Positions 1 to 11,258 are shown, counted from the stretch's first letter. The stretch is DNA of 64,000 nucleotides from Candidatus Aegiribacteria sp. (GCA_030600545.1 JAUVLV010000007.1:651-64650), one strand, 5' to 3'. Notes: generated by a model from the letters alone, not told the origin. A program made the numbers and translations.

Positions 1-84
1 AATTTATTCATAGCGTTCAGCCCTATGATAAAATTGATCAGACCAAGGAAAAACAATATGCATATCCAGTTAAAGCAACTCATG

Positions 85-1626
85 TTACTCCCATTCGATT
101 GTGCCAGGCGGTTTGCTTGAGATATCATAGACTATACGGCTGACGCCGTTAACGTTGTTAACAATGGAGGATGAAATCCTTGCCAGATGCTCGGGAGGCA
201 TTCTGTACCAGTCAGCAGTCATCGCATCGGTTGAAGTCACTGCGCGAAGGGCTATGACCCTGTCATAGGTTCGCTCATCACCCATGACTCCGACTGTTCT
301 GACTGGAAGAAGCACAGCGAAAGCCTGCCATATCTCATTGTAGAGATCGTTCTCCAGCAGGTAGTCTATGAAGATCCTGTCCGCTTTTCTGAGTATATCC
401 AGGTCTTCAGGAATGATAGCACCAAGAATTCTGACCGCCAGTCCGGGGCCGGGAAAAGGATGCCTTGATACCATATTCTCTGGCAATCCCAGTTCACGTC
501 CAAGATCCCTCACTTCGTCCTTGAACAGCTCCCGAAGGGGTTCCAGCAGCTTCAGGTTCATTCTCTCAGGCAGACCACCCACATTGTGATGGCTCTTGAT
601 GGTCGCGGAAGGCCCTCGGAAGGAAACACTCTCGATAACATCAGGATATAGCGTTCCCTGGGCCAGATGCGTAACATTCTCAATTTCGGACGCAGCTTTT
701 TCAAAAAGCTCAATGAATACTCGACCTATGATCTTCCTTTTCTTCTCGGGATCTGTCACGCCGCTCAGAGCAGTAAGGAACTCGTCAGCACCGTCAATAA
801 CCTTAAGCGGCATCCTGAAATGGTCTCGGAAGGTCTCCACTACCGATTCCTTCTCACCCATTCTGAGAAGACCATTATCAACGAAGATGGGGGTGAATCT
901 ATCCGGCACTGCTTCGTGAAGAAGAGCAGCTACAACTGAGGAATCCACGCCTCCGGAAAGTCCCAGGATCACATTACCCCCGCCGGTAAGCTTATTCCGA
1001 ATCTTTTCAATTGAATTCTTCCGGAATGTTTTCATGTTCCATTTGGGCGAAATACCGCATATTCCAAAGATAAAATTCCTGAGCAGTTTTTCTCCGAATT
1101 CAGTGTGATTCACCTCAGGATGAAACTGTACTCCGTACCGCTTTCTGGTGACATCCGCCATGGCCGCGATCGGCAGTGATTCCGTACTGGCAATATGACT
1201 GTAACCATCGGGGACCTTTACAACTCTGTCTCCATGGCTCATCCAGGCCTGTAATCCGGTTCCAACACCTCTGAAAATATCAATGTTCTGCTCATGGTAA
1301 AGCTCCGCGGGACCATATTCCCTGACATGTCCACCCTCAACTTTTCCATTTTCATGGAGAGCGAGAAGCTGCATTCCGTAGCAGATGCCAAGCATCGGAA
1401 GTTCAAGCTGAAATACGCCGGGGTCAGGTTGAGGAGAGTTCTCATCGTACACGCTTGAAGGGCCGCCTGAAAGGATTATCGCGGCAGGATTTATCCTCAA
1501 TATCTCCGAAAGGGAAGCATTCCCGGGTATAAGTTCGCAGTAAACACCCATTTCCCTTATTCTTCGTGCGATCAGCTGGTTGTACTGGGAACCGAAATCA
1601 AGAATCGCTACTCCGCCGGAAATCAT
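85..1626 (-). CDS. guaA: GMP synthase (glutamine-hydrolysing)
   Basis: 513-aa ORF. N-terminal class I glutamine amidotransferase region (GICYGMQLL, QFHPEV). ATP-pyrophosphatase P-loop GLSGGVDSSV. C-terminal KPPGTIEWE end typical of GuaA. Its start overlaps the purF stop by 1 nt (TAATG). Confidence 0.95.
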   Translation of the reverse strand: MISGGVAILDFGSQYNQLIARRIREMGVYCELIPGNASLSEILRINPAAIILSGGPSSVYDENSPQPDPGVFQLELPMLGICYGMQLLALHENGKVEGGHVREYGPAELYHEQNIDIFRGVGTGLQAWMSHGDRVVKVPDGYSHIASTESLPIAAMADVTRKRYGVQFHPEVNHTEFGEKLLRNFIFGICGISPKWNMKTFRKNSIEKIRNKLTGGGNVILGLSGGVDSSVVAALLHEAVPDRFTPIFVDNGLLRMGEKESVVETFRDHFRMPLKVIDGADEFLTALSGVTDPEKKRKIIGRVFIELFEKAASEIENVTHLAQGTLYPDVIESVSFRGPSATIKSHHNVGGLPERMNLKLLEPLRELFKDEVRDLGRELGLPENMVSRHPFPGPGLAVRILGAIIPEDLDILRKADRIFIDYLLENDLYNEIWQAFAVLLPVRTVGVMGDERTYDRVIALRAVTSTDAMTADWYRMPPEHLARISSSIVNNVNGVSRIVYDISSKPPGTIEWE

Positions 1627-3083
1627 TATATCTCCTTAAATGTGGCTTTATACCCGTCGTATTTCATGTAATGATCAGATGGTTCTACAGGATATTCACC
1701 ATCAAAGCAGGCTGTGCAATAATCAGCGGGGTTATGTGCCCTGACGCAGCTGAGCATTCCCTCTTTCGACAGGTATCCCAGGCTGTCAAGTTCAAGCTGT
1801 TCCGCTATTTCTTCTATCGTGAAATTTCTTGCAATGAGCTTCGATGCTTCCGGGAAGTCTATTCCGAAGAAACAGGCAAATTTGTGCGGAGGACAACTTA
1901 CTCTCATATGAACCTCTGCCGCGCCAGCTTCACGAAGAGCCCTTATTCTGGCTCGACTAGTTGTACCCCTGACAATACTGTCCTCAACGACACACAGCCT
2001 TTTCCCCTTTACAGCTTCCGGAATAGGCTGAAGTTTTCTCATAACCATTGTCGCACGGTGAGCAGAAGCAGGATCGATAAATGTCCTTCCTACGTAATGG
2101 TTTCGGGTAAAGCACATATCGAAGGGCAATCCAAGCTCCCTGGCAAAACCCATTGCGGCAAACATACCGCTGTCGGGAACCGGAGCGACTATATCACATT
2201 CCGCAGGATATTCCCTGGCAAGTTGACGTCCCATTGCCAATCGTGTTAAATAGACGCTGTCGCCGAATATCCTGCTTCCAGGCCTTGCGAAATAGACATG
2301 TTCAAAGATGCACTGGGCAAGGTCCTGCCTGTTACTGAAGAGGTTCGTTCTGTTACTGAACTGGTTCGATTCCGGAACGAATGTTTCATGCGGAATATAC
2401 AGGATTTCACCAGCATTTATCTCCCGCTCGTATTCGGCACCGCATACATCGAAGGCCAGTGTTTCACTGGCGACAATCCATCCACCTTTCTCGAACCTTC
2501 CAAGGTTCAGGGGCCTGAATCCCAGTGGGTCTCTGACTGCATAAAAACCGTCCGGGGTCATTATCAGAAAACAGTATGCTCCCTGAAGTCTGTTAAGAGC
2601 TATCTCCAGGGCTTCCCGAATATTAAAACCTGTCTGTTCGAGATGACGTGACATCAGATGCAGAACAACCTCGGTATCAGTATTTGTCATGAAGATGGCA
2701 CCCTGACGCTGCAGTTCTTCCCTGAGCAATCCTGCATTTGAAAGCGTTCCGTTATGGGCAATCCCTATCTGAAATCCGGCCATACTTACCATCAGCGGCT
2801 GAGCGTTCTCAACCCCGCCCCCTCCATAAGTTCCATACCTTACATGACCCATAGCCGCTTCGATTCTGCCGGAGGAGAAATCGGATGGAATATCGGACAT
2901 AGCCTCGAATACGGAACCTTTTCCCTTGTGCAGCTTCATTTCACCATATGAATATGCAAGTACTCCTGCAGCTTCCTGGCCCCTGTGCTGCAGAGCGAGC
3001 AATCCCTCTGTAACAAGCGCAACGGAATTACCCTTGAATCCGCTTATCCCGCACAGTCCGCAGTATTCACCTGCTTTATTCAC
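1626..3083 (-). CDS. purF: Amidophosphoribosyltransferase (glutamine PRPP amidotransferase)
   Basis: N-terminal nucleophile motif LCGISGF, Ntn-amidotransferase region, PRPP-binding loop [12 protein letters not shown]. The ORF-track ORF runs to 3203. A GTG at 3083 ([13 protein letters not shown]...) gives a short propeptide and only an 8-nt overlap with pyrG, so the start is uncertain. Confidence 0.88.
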   Translation of the reverse strand: MNKAGEYCGLCGISGFKGNSVALVTEGLLALQHRGQEAAGVLAYSYGEMKLHKGKGSVFEAMSDIPSDFSSGRIEAAMGHVRYGTYGGGGVENAQPLMVSMAGFQIGIAHNGTLSNAGLLREELQRQGAIFMTNTDTEVVLHLMSRHLEQTGFNIREALEIALNRLQGAYCFLIMTPDGFYAVRDPLGFRPLNLGRFEKGGWIVASETLAFDVCGAEYEREINAGEILYIPHETFVPESNQFSNRTNLFSNRQDLAQCIFEHVYFARPGSRIFGDSVYLTRLAMGRQLAREYPAECDIVAPVPDSGMFAAMGFARELGLPFDMCFTRNHYVGRTFIDPASAHRATMVMRKLQPIPEAVKGKRLCVVEDSIVRGTTSRARIRALREAGAAEVHMRVSCPPHKFACFFGIDFPEASKLIARNFTIEEIAEQLELDSLGYLSKEGMLSCVRAHNPADYCTACFDGEYPVEPSDHYMKYDGYKATFKEI

Positions 3084-4692
3084 TTGCGTTTTTCCTCGCG
3101 GCTTTAACGAAGGCTTTAAACAGCGGATTGGGCTTAAGGGGTGTTGAAGTGAATTCCGGATGAAACTGGCACGCAAGAAACCATCTGTGGTCAGGTCTCT
3201 CAACTATTTCAACAAGCTGGCCGTCCGGAGAAAGGCCGGAATAGACAATTCCTGCTTCTGCAAGCATTTCCCTGTATTCATTGTTGAATTCGTACCTGTG
3301 CCTGTGCCGCTCGGAAATTCTGCTGTTTCCGTAAGCTGATCTCGCAGCTGAACCGTCAAGCAGATCACAGGGGTAAAGCCCCAGACGCATTGTCCCTCCC
3401 TTTTCGGTAATGCCTTTCTGTTCCTCCATAATGTGTATCACCGGATGGGAACATTCCGGGTTAAATTCGGAACTGTTGGCATCGGATAATCCCACAAGAT
3501 GCCTTGCGGTTTCGATTACTGCGCACTGCAGCCCCAGGCATATTCCAAGAAACGGTACATTCCGTTCCCTTGCAAACTGGACAGCTTCCAGTTTTCCCTC
3601 GATGCCCCGATAGCCAAATCCTCCGGGAACCAGTATCCCATCCAAACCTTCAAGGGCATCCGTCTTGCCCCCTTCAAGATCTTCCGATTCGATGCCCTTT
3701 ACTTCCAGAGCAACATCATTTGCAATACCTCCATGGGTAAGGGCTTCGAATATGCTTTTGTAAGCATCACGCAGACCCATGTACTTCCCGATAACTCCAA
3801 TTCTGACCAGAGGGCCGGAGGGATTCACTGCCCTGCTGATCATAGATTTCCAACTGTCAAGATCAAGATTATTAAGTGGCAGCTCCAGCTTTTTCAGTAT
3901 GAGTTCATCAAGCTTCTGTTCTGCAAGTTCAACGGGCACCTCGTATATGGAATTCTTTACGTCTTTCTCTTCGATTACAGCATTCCGAGGAACGTTACAG
4001 AACATGGAGAGCTTCCTGAAATGTTCATTCTGAAGAGATCTTTCTGTTCTGCATATAAGAATGTCCGGGATGATTCCAATATTTCGCAGAATGCTTGCTG
4101 ACTGTTGTGAGGGCTTTGTCTTCAATTCTCTGGATGCGGATAGATACGGTATCAGTGTAAGATGGATGTAGAGTACATTTTCTCTGCCGAGATCCTGGCT
4201 GAATTCCCTCAGGGCTTCAAGGAAAGGCAGACCCTCGATATCACCTGCTGTACCTCCCACCTCCGTAATTGCGATATCGATATTCTCTTTCGCCTGGGAA
4301 AGAACAGCTTTCTTGATTTCATCGGTAATGTGTGGTATCACCTGAACTGTCTTTCCCAGATAACCGCCCTCGCGTTCCCTTGCCAGAACGGCTGAATAAA
4401 TTTTACCTGCCGTATAATTGCTGTTGCGGTTGCACGATACTCCCGCAAAACGCTCGTAATGCCCCAGATCAAGATCAGCTTCAGTACCGTCATCTGTTAC
4501 GTATACCTCTCCATGCTGATATGGAGACATGGTTCCCGGATCAATATTAAGGTAGGGATCAAGTTTCTGCAGTGTTATCCTATAACCTCTCTGCCGAAGA
4601 AGGAGGGCAATTGAAGCAGCCGTTATTCCTTTTCCAAGGGAGGATACTACTCCACCAGTAACAAAAATGAATTTGCATCCGTCATGGGGCAT
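3076..4692 (-). CDS. pyrG: CTP synthase
   Basis: 538-aa ORF. N-terminal [14 protein letters not shown] synthetase motif. C-terminal glutamine amidotransferase domain ([14 protein letters not shown]). Confidence 0.95.
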   Translation of the reverse strand: MPHDGCKFIFVTGGVVSSLGKGITAASIALLLRQRGYRITLQKLDPYLNIDPGTMSPYQHGEVYVTDDGTEADLDLGHYERFAGVSCNRNSNYTAGKIYSAVLAREREGGYLGKTVQVIPHITDEIKKAVLSQAKENIDIAITEVGGTAGDIEGLPFLEALREFSQDLGRENVLYIHLTLIPYLSASRELKTKPSQQSASILRNIGIIPDILICRTERSLQNEHFRKLSMFCNVPRNAVIEEKDVKNSIYEVPVELAEQKLDELILKKLELPLNNLDLDSWKSMISRAVNPSGPLVRIGVIGKYMGLRDAYKSIFEALTHGGIANDVALEVKGIESEDLEGGKTDALEGLDGILVPGGFGYRGIEGKLEAVQFARERNVPFLGICLGLQCAVIETARHLVGLSDANSSEFNPECSHPVIHIMEEQKGITEKGGTMRLGLYPCDLLDGSAARSAYGNSRISERHRHRYEFNNEYREMLAEAGIVYSGLSPDGQLVEIVERPDHRWFLACQFHPEFTSTPLKPNPLFKAFVKAARKNASE

Positions 4693-5186
4693 GGGAACAC
4701 AACCTTTCTAAAGAAAAAAAACTTCCCAGCATAACTGAATATGGTTTCATACAATCTATTTTTCAAGGCTGCGCAGTCTTCTCGAAGCAACGTTACAACA
4801 TTTTATAGTTCTGTGTATCATTACACTTAAATAACCGTTGAAGAATCTAATCTGCTATGTGTTAATTCAAATTGCTCTTCCGGAATATATTTTAGTAAAT
4901 GCTACCGCAACTTCAGCCAATTCATAGAAGGCAGTCGAGAGAATCTTTCTGGGATGTATCCTTTCCGGTAACCAATATGGCTTTGGAGAACAGAATTATC
5001 TGGTACGAAGATCCCGATTAATCAGGACAATATTTGGAGTCGGTACCCGATTTCATCGCCAGATATAAATTACTGCTATTTATCTCTATCATAAGCTGAT
5101 ACAGCAATGATGAAAATAATCGTCTTGCTTGTTCCGAGCAAAATATGTGATCAACAGCGCAGGAGATTCCATGGCTCTGGTGACCG

Positions 5187-6221
5187 ATGCCTACAATATT
5201 TATTATTCAAAGAGCAAACAGGCCAGCTGATCTAATTAGCAGAAGCGGAGGGGTAAATACAGTGGAGTGGAATAGATCCGGCGGAGGTGATTTGACGAAG
5301 ATAACGATCGATGCAGAAGCAGCACAACTGTTAATTGAATGGGCTCAGTGCGATACTGTTTCACCACCTGATGTCTGGCGTTCCATGCCCGCCTACGTTC
5401 TCACACGATTATGGGCGAAATCGAATGCGCTGCCCGACCCGGATATCGAGGTGGAACGTATTCTGAATGACATTGCACTATCCAGTCGCAGGAATTCAAA
5501 TGAAACCCTTGTGGTTCAGGCGCAGAAGCTTATGATGAGCCTGCTGAACCAGCATCAGACTTTCACTGATATAGTAATCCCTCATCTTCAAGCCTATCTG
5601 CCATCAGGTACTCCCATTAACGGCCAGATAGTATTTGCGCTGTTCATTCCTGCCTATGCTTTTACATGGATAGGAGACGATGCAAACAGCATTGTAATCA
5701 ACCTCACTGCCTCATTCTGGGAATGGAATCCCGATAAAGTATTCAATCTTCTAGTCCATGAACTATATCATATTGGATTCGCATATCATCAGATGGGTGA
5801 ATCAGTCGCTGAGGTTTCAACTGTTGAAGCGCTGATCGAGAATATTCTGTGGCAGATTCAGAATGAAGGTATGGCTACCTATGTAGCCTATCTAGCACGG
5901 CCAGAGGGATTGAGTATTGAGGATTATCGGCTCTTGGACAATTCCGCCGAAGTATGCGCTTGCTTTGGAATGGTTCAACACCTGCTTGCTGAATTAAGTC
6001 AAATGGATTCAAAGGGAATTCTGGAGTTCCAAAAGCGAATTTGGAGCGATGGAATAAAATCGCGCGCTTTTTACGTCGTGGGAACCTTTATGGCACGCCG
6101 TATCGAGGAACAGATGGGTCGTAGTTCTCTTATAAGAACGATAAAGAGTGGGGCACAATCGTTTTTTGAAAAATATTCAGCAACTTCGCCGTCAAAGGGC
6201 TTAAGCATAGTAATACCGTAG
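5187..6221 (+). CDS. Hypothetical protein with gluzincin-like HExxH...NEGxA motifs (putative zinc peptidase-like)
   Basis: 344-aa ORF containing LLVHELYHIGF, and about 30 aa later QNEGMATY. No other family recognised. Start uncertain: the best Shine-Dalgarno (AGGAG at 5161) serves an out-of-frame ATG at 5171. Confidence 0.45.
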   Translation: MPTIFIIQRANRPADLISRSGGVNTVEWNRSGGGDLTKITIDAEAAQLLIEWAQCDTVSPPDVWRSMPAYVLTRLWAKSNALPDPDIEVERILNDIALSSRRNSNETLVVQAQKLMMSLLNQHQTFTDIVIPHLQAYLPSGTPINGQIVFALFIPAYAFTWIGDDANSIVINLTASFWEWNPDKVFNLLVHELYHIGFAYHQMGESVAEVSTVEALIENILWQIQNEGMATYVAYLARPEGLSIEDYRLLDNSAEVCACFGMVQHLLAELSQMDSKGILEFQKRIWSDGIKSRAFYVVGTFMARRIEEQMGRSSLIRTIKSGAQSFFEKYSATSPSKGLSIVIP

Positions 6222-6609
6222 AAATATTTCATCAACAACCGTATGAACCAAGCCCGGGGCAGAGAGATGGGCGAGAATCCCTGTTCAGTTTATGCAGAGC
6301 GATACCGAGCTTTACCTTTGTGATGATTTATTTCCTTAATTCATTTTACAGCAGTATTTTATACAATCGTCAGGTTTGTGTTTAAGACTATTGCGAATAC
6401 TATTCCTGTATAGCATACTGACAGGGTATAAAAATTATCACCCTGGAAAGGTTTTCGAACTAACTCCCGATGATTTGTGCGTAGCCGCATCAAAATACCC
6501 GATACCTGATAAGCGGTTCGTATCAATTGCCGATTGCAAACAGGAAGAAATTCAATCCGAATAGGAAACGCATGACAGACCCAGGCAGAATTGGAGTATA
6601 GCGAATAAT

Positions 6610-9246
6610 ATGACTTCACTCAAAAAACCTGACAAAGTCAGAATAGAGAAACTTGAAAACGGCCTTATGGTCATACTTCAGGAATTAACGTACTCCCCGG
6701 TAGTCGCTGTGTGTCTTGCATACAGGACAGGTTCATCGTGGGAAACCTCTGAAACTCGGGGCTTAAGCCATTTCTGCGAGCATATGATGTTCAAGGGGTC
6801 ACAAGAGTTCGGCCCCGGCAAGCACTGGCAGATGATTCAGCGCAACGGCGGGCTGGCAAACGCATATACATCCAGAGATATTACCGTCTATTACTCAGCA
6901 GTACCAAAGGCCGGCCTTAATGATATTCTTGAACTTGAGGCTGACAGGATGCGGAATTGCAGAATGACTGCGGATGATATTACTTCAGAAACAGCCGTGG
7001 TACTTGAAGAAGAGCTTCTTACAGAGAGAGATGATCCCGGGGGGACACTTGATTCCCTTCTGCACAGCAAAGCCTTCGGATCCCATCCCTACGGCAGGCC
7101 GATTACAGGTACGCAGGATGATATCAGATCATTTTCTCAAAAAGGACTGCAGGATTTTTACAGAAACTTCTACACTCCGTCAAATGCAGTAATTTCAGTT
7201 ATCGGAGATATTGACTGCGAAGCAGTATCAATAAAAATAAATGAACTTTTCGGTAAGTATTCGGGGCATGAGGCTGAAAGGCCTTCTGTTACGCCAGAAC
7301 CTCCCCAGACTAACCGGATACGAACAGAAATAGACTATCCCTCATATCTTCCCAGAGTCACCATAGGGTTCAAGGTTCCAGAAGCAGATCATCCGGATTC
7401 GGTACCACTTTCGCTTATTTCGGTTTATCTGTCATCCGGGAGATCCAGCAGATTTGAGGAGCTTCTGGTAAAACCATCACTGGTCCTGGACATCTCGGTT
7501 TCAACGAATACTCTTATCATGCCGGGGCTTTATGTGATACGGGCTGTGCTGCCAAGTGATGGCTCGGTTGAAGAAGTGGAAAGTATCATCTTTCATGAGT
7601 TAAGCAGGATAAGTGAAGAAGGTATTGACAATGAGACTCTGGCAACCCTTAAAATTCGCAGGGAAGCCTGGAGTATAATATCGGATGCCGACCCGCTGGG
7701 CAGGGCCAAAAGATTCTCCACAGGATATGCGAAATTCAATGATCCTTACTATTACTGGAATTCAATAAAGTTATTTAATACAGTAAGTGAAAGCGACATA
7801 AAAGGTGTTGCAACCAGGTATTTTAAAAGGAATATTTCAACTGTCGCTGTATTGCATCCTTCAAGCGCAGATATGTCTTCATCTAAACCGATCAAAATAT
7901 CCTCATCCGCTTCCGAACCTGATCTCATACCGCCCACGGCTCAGAAACCCTCTGAAATAGATATCCCCGACAGACTTCTGAAGGCACCTGATGTATCCGC
8001 ATCTGACAATGCAGAAGAAATAATCCTGGATAACGGTATCAGGATAATTCTGAAGGAGGACTTTTCCTTTCCGATCGTATCACTGGGATTCTCCTGCTCC
8101 ATGGGTTCAGACAGGGAACCTTCAGGTCTGACCGGTTTGTCGGAAATCGCAGCGGAAACCATGCTGTATGGAACACCCGATGAAGATAGTATCAAGTTCA
8201 ACGCAAGGCTTGAGAACCTTGGAACAGGTATGGATTTTTCTTCAACAAGCGAATATGCCGGAGGTATAATTACTTCACTGAGCAAGGATGTGAATGAAAT
8301 TCTATCCGTGATCTCCGACATGTTCATCAGGCCGGCCTTCCGTCAGAAAGATATTGATTCTGTCAAAACCGATGCGATCTCAACCCTTGAGGAATGGATA
8401 AAATCACCCGTGGGGGCTGCAATGAACTCCTTTTCCAGACAATCCACCGATCCGCCAGAGAGAGCAGCTGTACCCACAAGGGAATCACTTGAAACTATCA
8501 CTCGCGCGGACATTGTCGATTTTCATCACAGATTCTGCAAACCATCGGGAACCGTCATTGTCGCAGTTGGCAGTTTTCAGAAAGACGGAATACTCAAGTC
8601 AATCAACAGGTTCTTCTCCGACTGGAAGGAACCGGACTATCTTCCTGCAGAAATAGAGACAGTCAGCAATCAGCAAGAATCTTCTGAGCTGCATATCAAT
8701 CTGGAAGGCAGAATACAGATAGCTGCACTGATCGGATCACCGGCACCCCCAAGACTCCACGATGATTCCTATGCCATTTCCGTTCTCAGCGGAATACTTG
8801 GTGAAGGAATCGGGTCAAGGCTGGGAAGAAATATAAGGGAAACGGGTCTGTCATATCATGTAAGCAGCCTCTATATACCCCTGGCGGACAGGGGCAGAAT
8901 TGTTGCCCTTCTTCTAACAAGTCCTTCTGCTTTCTCCATGGCCTTTCAGAAACTTAAGCGGGAGATAGAGAATATTACCGAAAAGACAGTGAGCGAAAAT
9001 GAACTCAGACTGGAAAAAGCTTCGTACATTGGCCGTCAGGAACTGGGCATGATGAAGTACAGCGCTATAACCAGGATATTGCTTTCCTATGCGTCAATGA
9101 AACTTCCGCTGGACCACGACAGGTTTACACTGCGGAAAATATCAAAGCTGACAGTGGAAGATATCGGGCTTGCAGCGGAAAGATGGCTTGGAAGCGGAAT
9201 CACCTACGCATCTGTAGCGGGTGGTCTGGAGGCGATTCCCGAATAA
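6610..9246 (+). CDS. M16 (pitrilysin) family zinc peptidase, two M16 units fused in one chain
   Basis: 878 aa. The N-terminal half carries the inverted zinc motif HFCEHMMFKG (HxxEH). The C-terminal half repeats the M16 fold but has no HxxEH at the equivalent place (LSEIAAETMLYG). Confidence 0.85.
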   Translation: MTSLKKPDKVRIEKLENGLMVILQELTYSPVVAVCLAYRTGSSWETSETRGLSHFCEHMMFKGSQEFGPGKHWQMIQRNGGLANAYTSRDITVYYSAVPKAGLNDILELEADRMRNCRMTADDITSETAVVLEEELLTERDDPGGTLDSLLHSKAFGSHPYGRPITGTQDDIRSFSQKGLQDFYRNFYTPSNAVISVIGDIDCEAVSIKINELFGKYSGHEAERPSVTPEPPQTNRIRTEIDYPSYLPRVTIGFKVPEADHPDSVPLSLISVYLSSGRSSRFEELLVKPSLVLDISVSTNTLIMPGLYVIRAVLPSDGSVEEVESIIFHELSRISEEGIDNETLATLKIRREAWSIISDADPLGRAKRFSTGYAKFNDPYYYWNSIKLFNTVSESDIKGVATRYFKRNISTVAVLHPSSADMSSSKPIKISSSASEPDLIPPTAQKPSEIDIPDRLLKAPDVSASDNAEEIILDNGIRIILKEDFSFPIVSLGFSCSMGSDREPSGLTGLSEIAAETMLYGTPDEDSIKFNARLENLGTGMDFSSTSEYAGGIITSLSKDVNEILSVISDMFIRPAFRQKDIDSVKTDAISTLEEWIKSPVGAAMNSFSRQSTDPPERAAVPTRESLETITRADIVDFHHRFCKPSGTVIVAVGSFQKDGILKSINRFFSDWKEPDYLPAEIETVSNQQESSELHINLEGRIQIAALIGSPAPPRLHDDSYAISVLSGILGEGIGSRLGRNIRETGLSYHVSSLYIPLADRGRIVALLLTSPSAFSMAFQKLKREIENITEKTVSENELRLEKASYIGRQELGMMKYSAITRILLSYASMKLPLDHDRFTLRKISKLTVEDIGLAAERWLGSGITYASVAGGLEAIPE

Positions 9247-9362
9247 GACTTACAGACGAAAAATTCGGAAAAAACGCATCGGCTTATTCCTTTCCGAAAT
9301 TGTATCAAACACCTGGTCTTATCAGACTGAATCCGAACATTACTACAGTTCATCCAGAAGCA

Positions 9363-9391
9363 TTGACAAGAAAATAGAATAGGGCTATACA
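9363..9391 (+). promoter_or_regulatory. Candidate sigma70-type promoter of mazEF
   Basis: TTGACA (9363-9368), 17-nt spacer, TATACA (9386-9391). A second TATACA copy follows 5 nt later. AAGGTGG Shine-Dalgarno lies before the ATG at 9418. Confidence 0.35.
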
Positions 9392-9417
9392 TAGGATATA
9401 CACAAGGTGGTTCCATA

Positions 9418-9666
9418 ATGCATACGAAAATACAAAAATGGGGTAACAGTCAGGGGCTGCGCCTTACCAGAAACGTTCTGGAAGATGCTAATCTTGTTGT
9501 AGGTGATGAAGTTGATATCAAGGTACAGGATAACACTATCATTATAACTCCTTCCAGAAGGATTCGAGGAAAGCACCACATCGAAGATCTCATAGCGGAA
9601 ATTCCTGCGGATTACAGAACAGAGGAAGTCAACTGGGGAAAACCAGATGGCAGGGAGGAATGGTAA
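9418..9666 (+). CDS. mazE: MazE-type antitoxin (AbrB/SpoVT fold)
   Basis: 82 aa. KIQKWGNSQGLRL...DEVDIKV...IIITP and a C-terminal acidic W-ending tail (NWGKPDGREEW) closely parallel E. coli MazE. Confidence 0.85.
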   Translation: MHTKIQKWGNSQGLRLTRNVLEDANLVVGDEVDIKVQDNTIIITPSRRIRGKHHIEDLIAEIPADYRTEEVNWGKPDGREEW

Positions 9667-9669
9667 ACG

Positions 9670-10002
9670 ATGCCCTATATACCGGAACAGGGCGACATCA
9701 TTTCTGTTACTTTCGATCCTCAATCAGGACATGAACAGAAAGGTCGACGGCCTGCTATCGTAGTAAGTAAAAATCTGTTCAATCGAGGCACCGGTTTATC
9801 TATTGTATGCCCTCTTACGAACACATCACGCAAGTTCCCCTTCCATGTTCCAATCCCGGAAAAAAGCAGCCTTACAGGATTCATTATGGTTGAACAGGTA
9901 AAATCGATCGATTTCCATTCCAGAAAAGCCACTCTCATCGAAAAGGTCTCTCAAGATCTCCTCGCGGAGGTATTATCCATACTGGATGCCTGCATTTACT
10001 GA
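9670..10002 (+). CDS. mazF: MazF/PemK-type endoribonuclease toxin
   Basis: 110 aa. YIPEQGDIISVTFDPQSGHEQKGRRPAIVVS and EQVKSID match MazF/ChpA-family motifs. The gene starts 3 nt after mazE. Confidence 0.9.
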   Translation: MPYIPEQGDIISVTFDPQSGHEQKGRRPAIVVSKNLFNRGTGLSIVCPLTNTSRKFPFHVPIPEKSSLTGFIMVEQVKSIDFHSRKATLIEKVSQDLLAEVLSILDACIY

Positions 10003-10131
10003 ACTCCCTGTGCAGCATTTTCTTTTCAGTACATTCATGATTAACTGACTTTGACATGACTGTGAAACTACTTTTATTATTATTGCCTATCTGATTCTTT
10101 ACAGAATACGATTTATTAGAAAGGAATTTAC

Positions 10132-10330
10132 ATGAAGTACAGTGAAATCCTTGCGATAGCAGTTCTTGTTCTGTTCTCCGGCAGCGCAATATCGGACGAT
10201 ACTCCTAATGACTCGCTGCCAACGGTAATCGTTGTAACCACCGGTGGAACAATCGCTGAGAAATACGATCCAGCGACCGGCGGCGTCGTTCCCGCTGTAT
10301 CGGGAGACGATCTTCTTGCCGCAGGAGACA
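10132..10330 (+). pseudogene. 5' remnant of a periplasmic (type II) L-asparaginase gene
   Basis: Signal peptide followed by LPTVIVVTTGGTIAEKYDPATGG, the asparaginase TGGTIA active-site motif. Similarity ends after about 65 codons. The reading frame then runs antisense into the 3' end of the EamA gene. Confidence 0.6.
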
Positions 10331-10358
10331 AATGTGAGCAAAGCATGCACCATAAATT

Positions 10359-11258
10359 CTATTTCGTTTTGCCCATCTCCTGCAGAACGATGCCGCTGAT
10401 TACGAGAAGAAGCCCCGCGACGGTCCACAGGCCTATTCTCTCACCCACTGCGGTACCTATGAAAACAAGGGCTAGAAACGGCGTAAGGTAAATAAGGTTT
10501 CCAACTTCAGCAGTTGTATCCGCCAGCTCAAGCGCCTTATGCCAGATAACGAAAGTTATGCCCATTTCAAACAGCCCGATGTAAACGGAACCGATAACTC
10601 CTTGAAAATCCAGACTGCAGATGCCTGCTATCTTCCCGCTGACCGCTCCATATATGACAAGGTAAATAAAACCGAAAACGAAGGATTCAGCAAGATTCCT
10701 TACAATATCTCCCTTCGCGCGAATGCTCAGAATCCAGAACAGTGCCCAGATCACGGTGCTTAAAAGCGCCAGCCCCATTGCAGATAGTGACAGTTGCCCG
10801 CCAACGGGATTTCCGCCTAGAGCAAGAACCCCAATACCGCAGAAGCTTATCCCGGAAGCGGCAGCCATTTTCATAGTTATGCGCTGCTTGAGCAACGGAG
10901 CGGAGAGAATCATGAGAACTACAGGCCAGAGATAGTTTATCACCATTGCTATCTGAGCGGGTAATTCATTGTAAGCTTCAAGCAGAATAAGATAATAGAG
11001 GAATGGGTTGAGTAATCCCCTGACAGCAGAGCTTACAAGTGTACACCTTGTATTCTGTTCTTTTTCACGCTTCCCTCTGAAAAGTATCATTGTCCAGAGA
11101 ACGGCCATGGAAACGGCGGCAGCCAGCAGTACCAGCTGATAAGGGGTCATCCAGCGCAGAGTAAGCTTGAAAGCAGTGGCAGCTGTAGACCAGAAAATTA
11201 CAGCGGTCAGAGCCAGTATTCGCGGTTTTATTTTGGGTCCTTTCCATTGACGGCGCAT
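10359..11258 (-). CDS. EamA/DMT-superfamily transporter
   Basis: 299 aa with about 10 hydrophobic segments arranged as two EamA-like halves. Confidence 0.8.
   Translation of the reverse strand: MRRQWKGPKIKPRILALTAVIFWSTAATAFKLTLRWMTPYQLVLLAAAVSMAVLWTMILFRGKREKEQNTRCTLVSSAVRGLLNPFLYYLILLEAYNELPAQIAMVINYLWPVVLMILSAPLLKQRITMKMAAASGISFCGIGVLALGGNPVGGQLSLSAMGLALLSTVIWALFWILSIRAKGDIVRNLAESFVFGFIYLVIYGAVSGKIAGICSLDFQGVIGSVYIGLFEMGITFVIWHKALELADTTAEVGNLIYLTPFLALVFIGTAVGERIGLWTVAGLLLVISGIVLQEMGKTK

Noticed and set aside
5171-5230. A 19-codon mini-ORF (MALVTDAYNIYYSKSKQAS) with the best Shine-Dalgarno in the region overlaps the start of the HExxH protein gene.
   Set aside because: It is too short and featureless to call. 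It may simply indicate that the true start of the 5187 gene is mis-assigned. It is noted under that feature instead.
9264-9298. Imperfect hairpin TTCGGAAA-N19-TTTCCGAA after the M16 peptidase gene, and a TTCCG-tttt-CGGAA hairpin at about 57224-57237, considered as terminators.
   Set aside because: The first has a 19-nt loop, the second only a 5-bp stem, and neither is followed by a U-tract. They are not convincing as intrinsic terminators.
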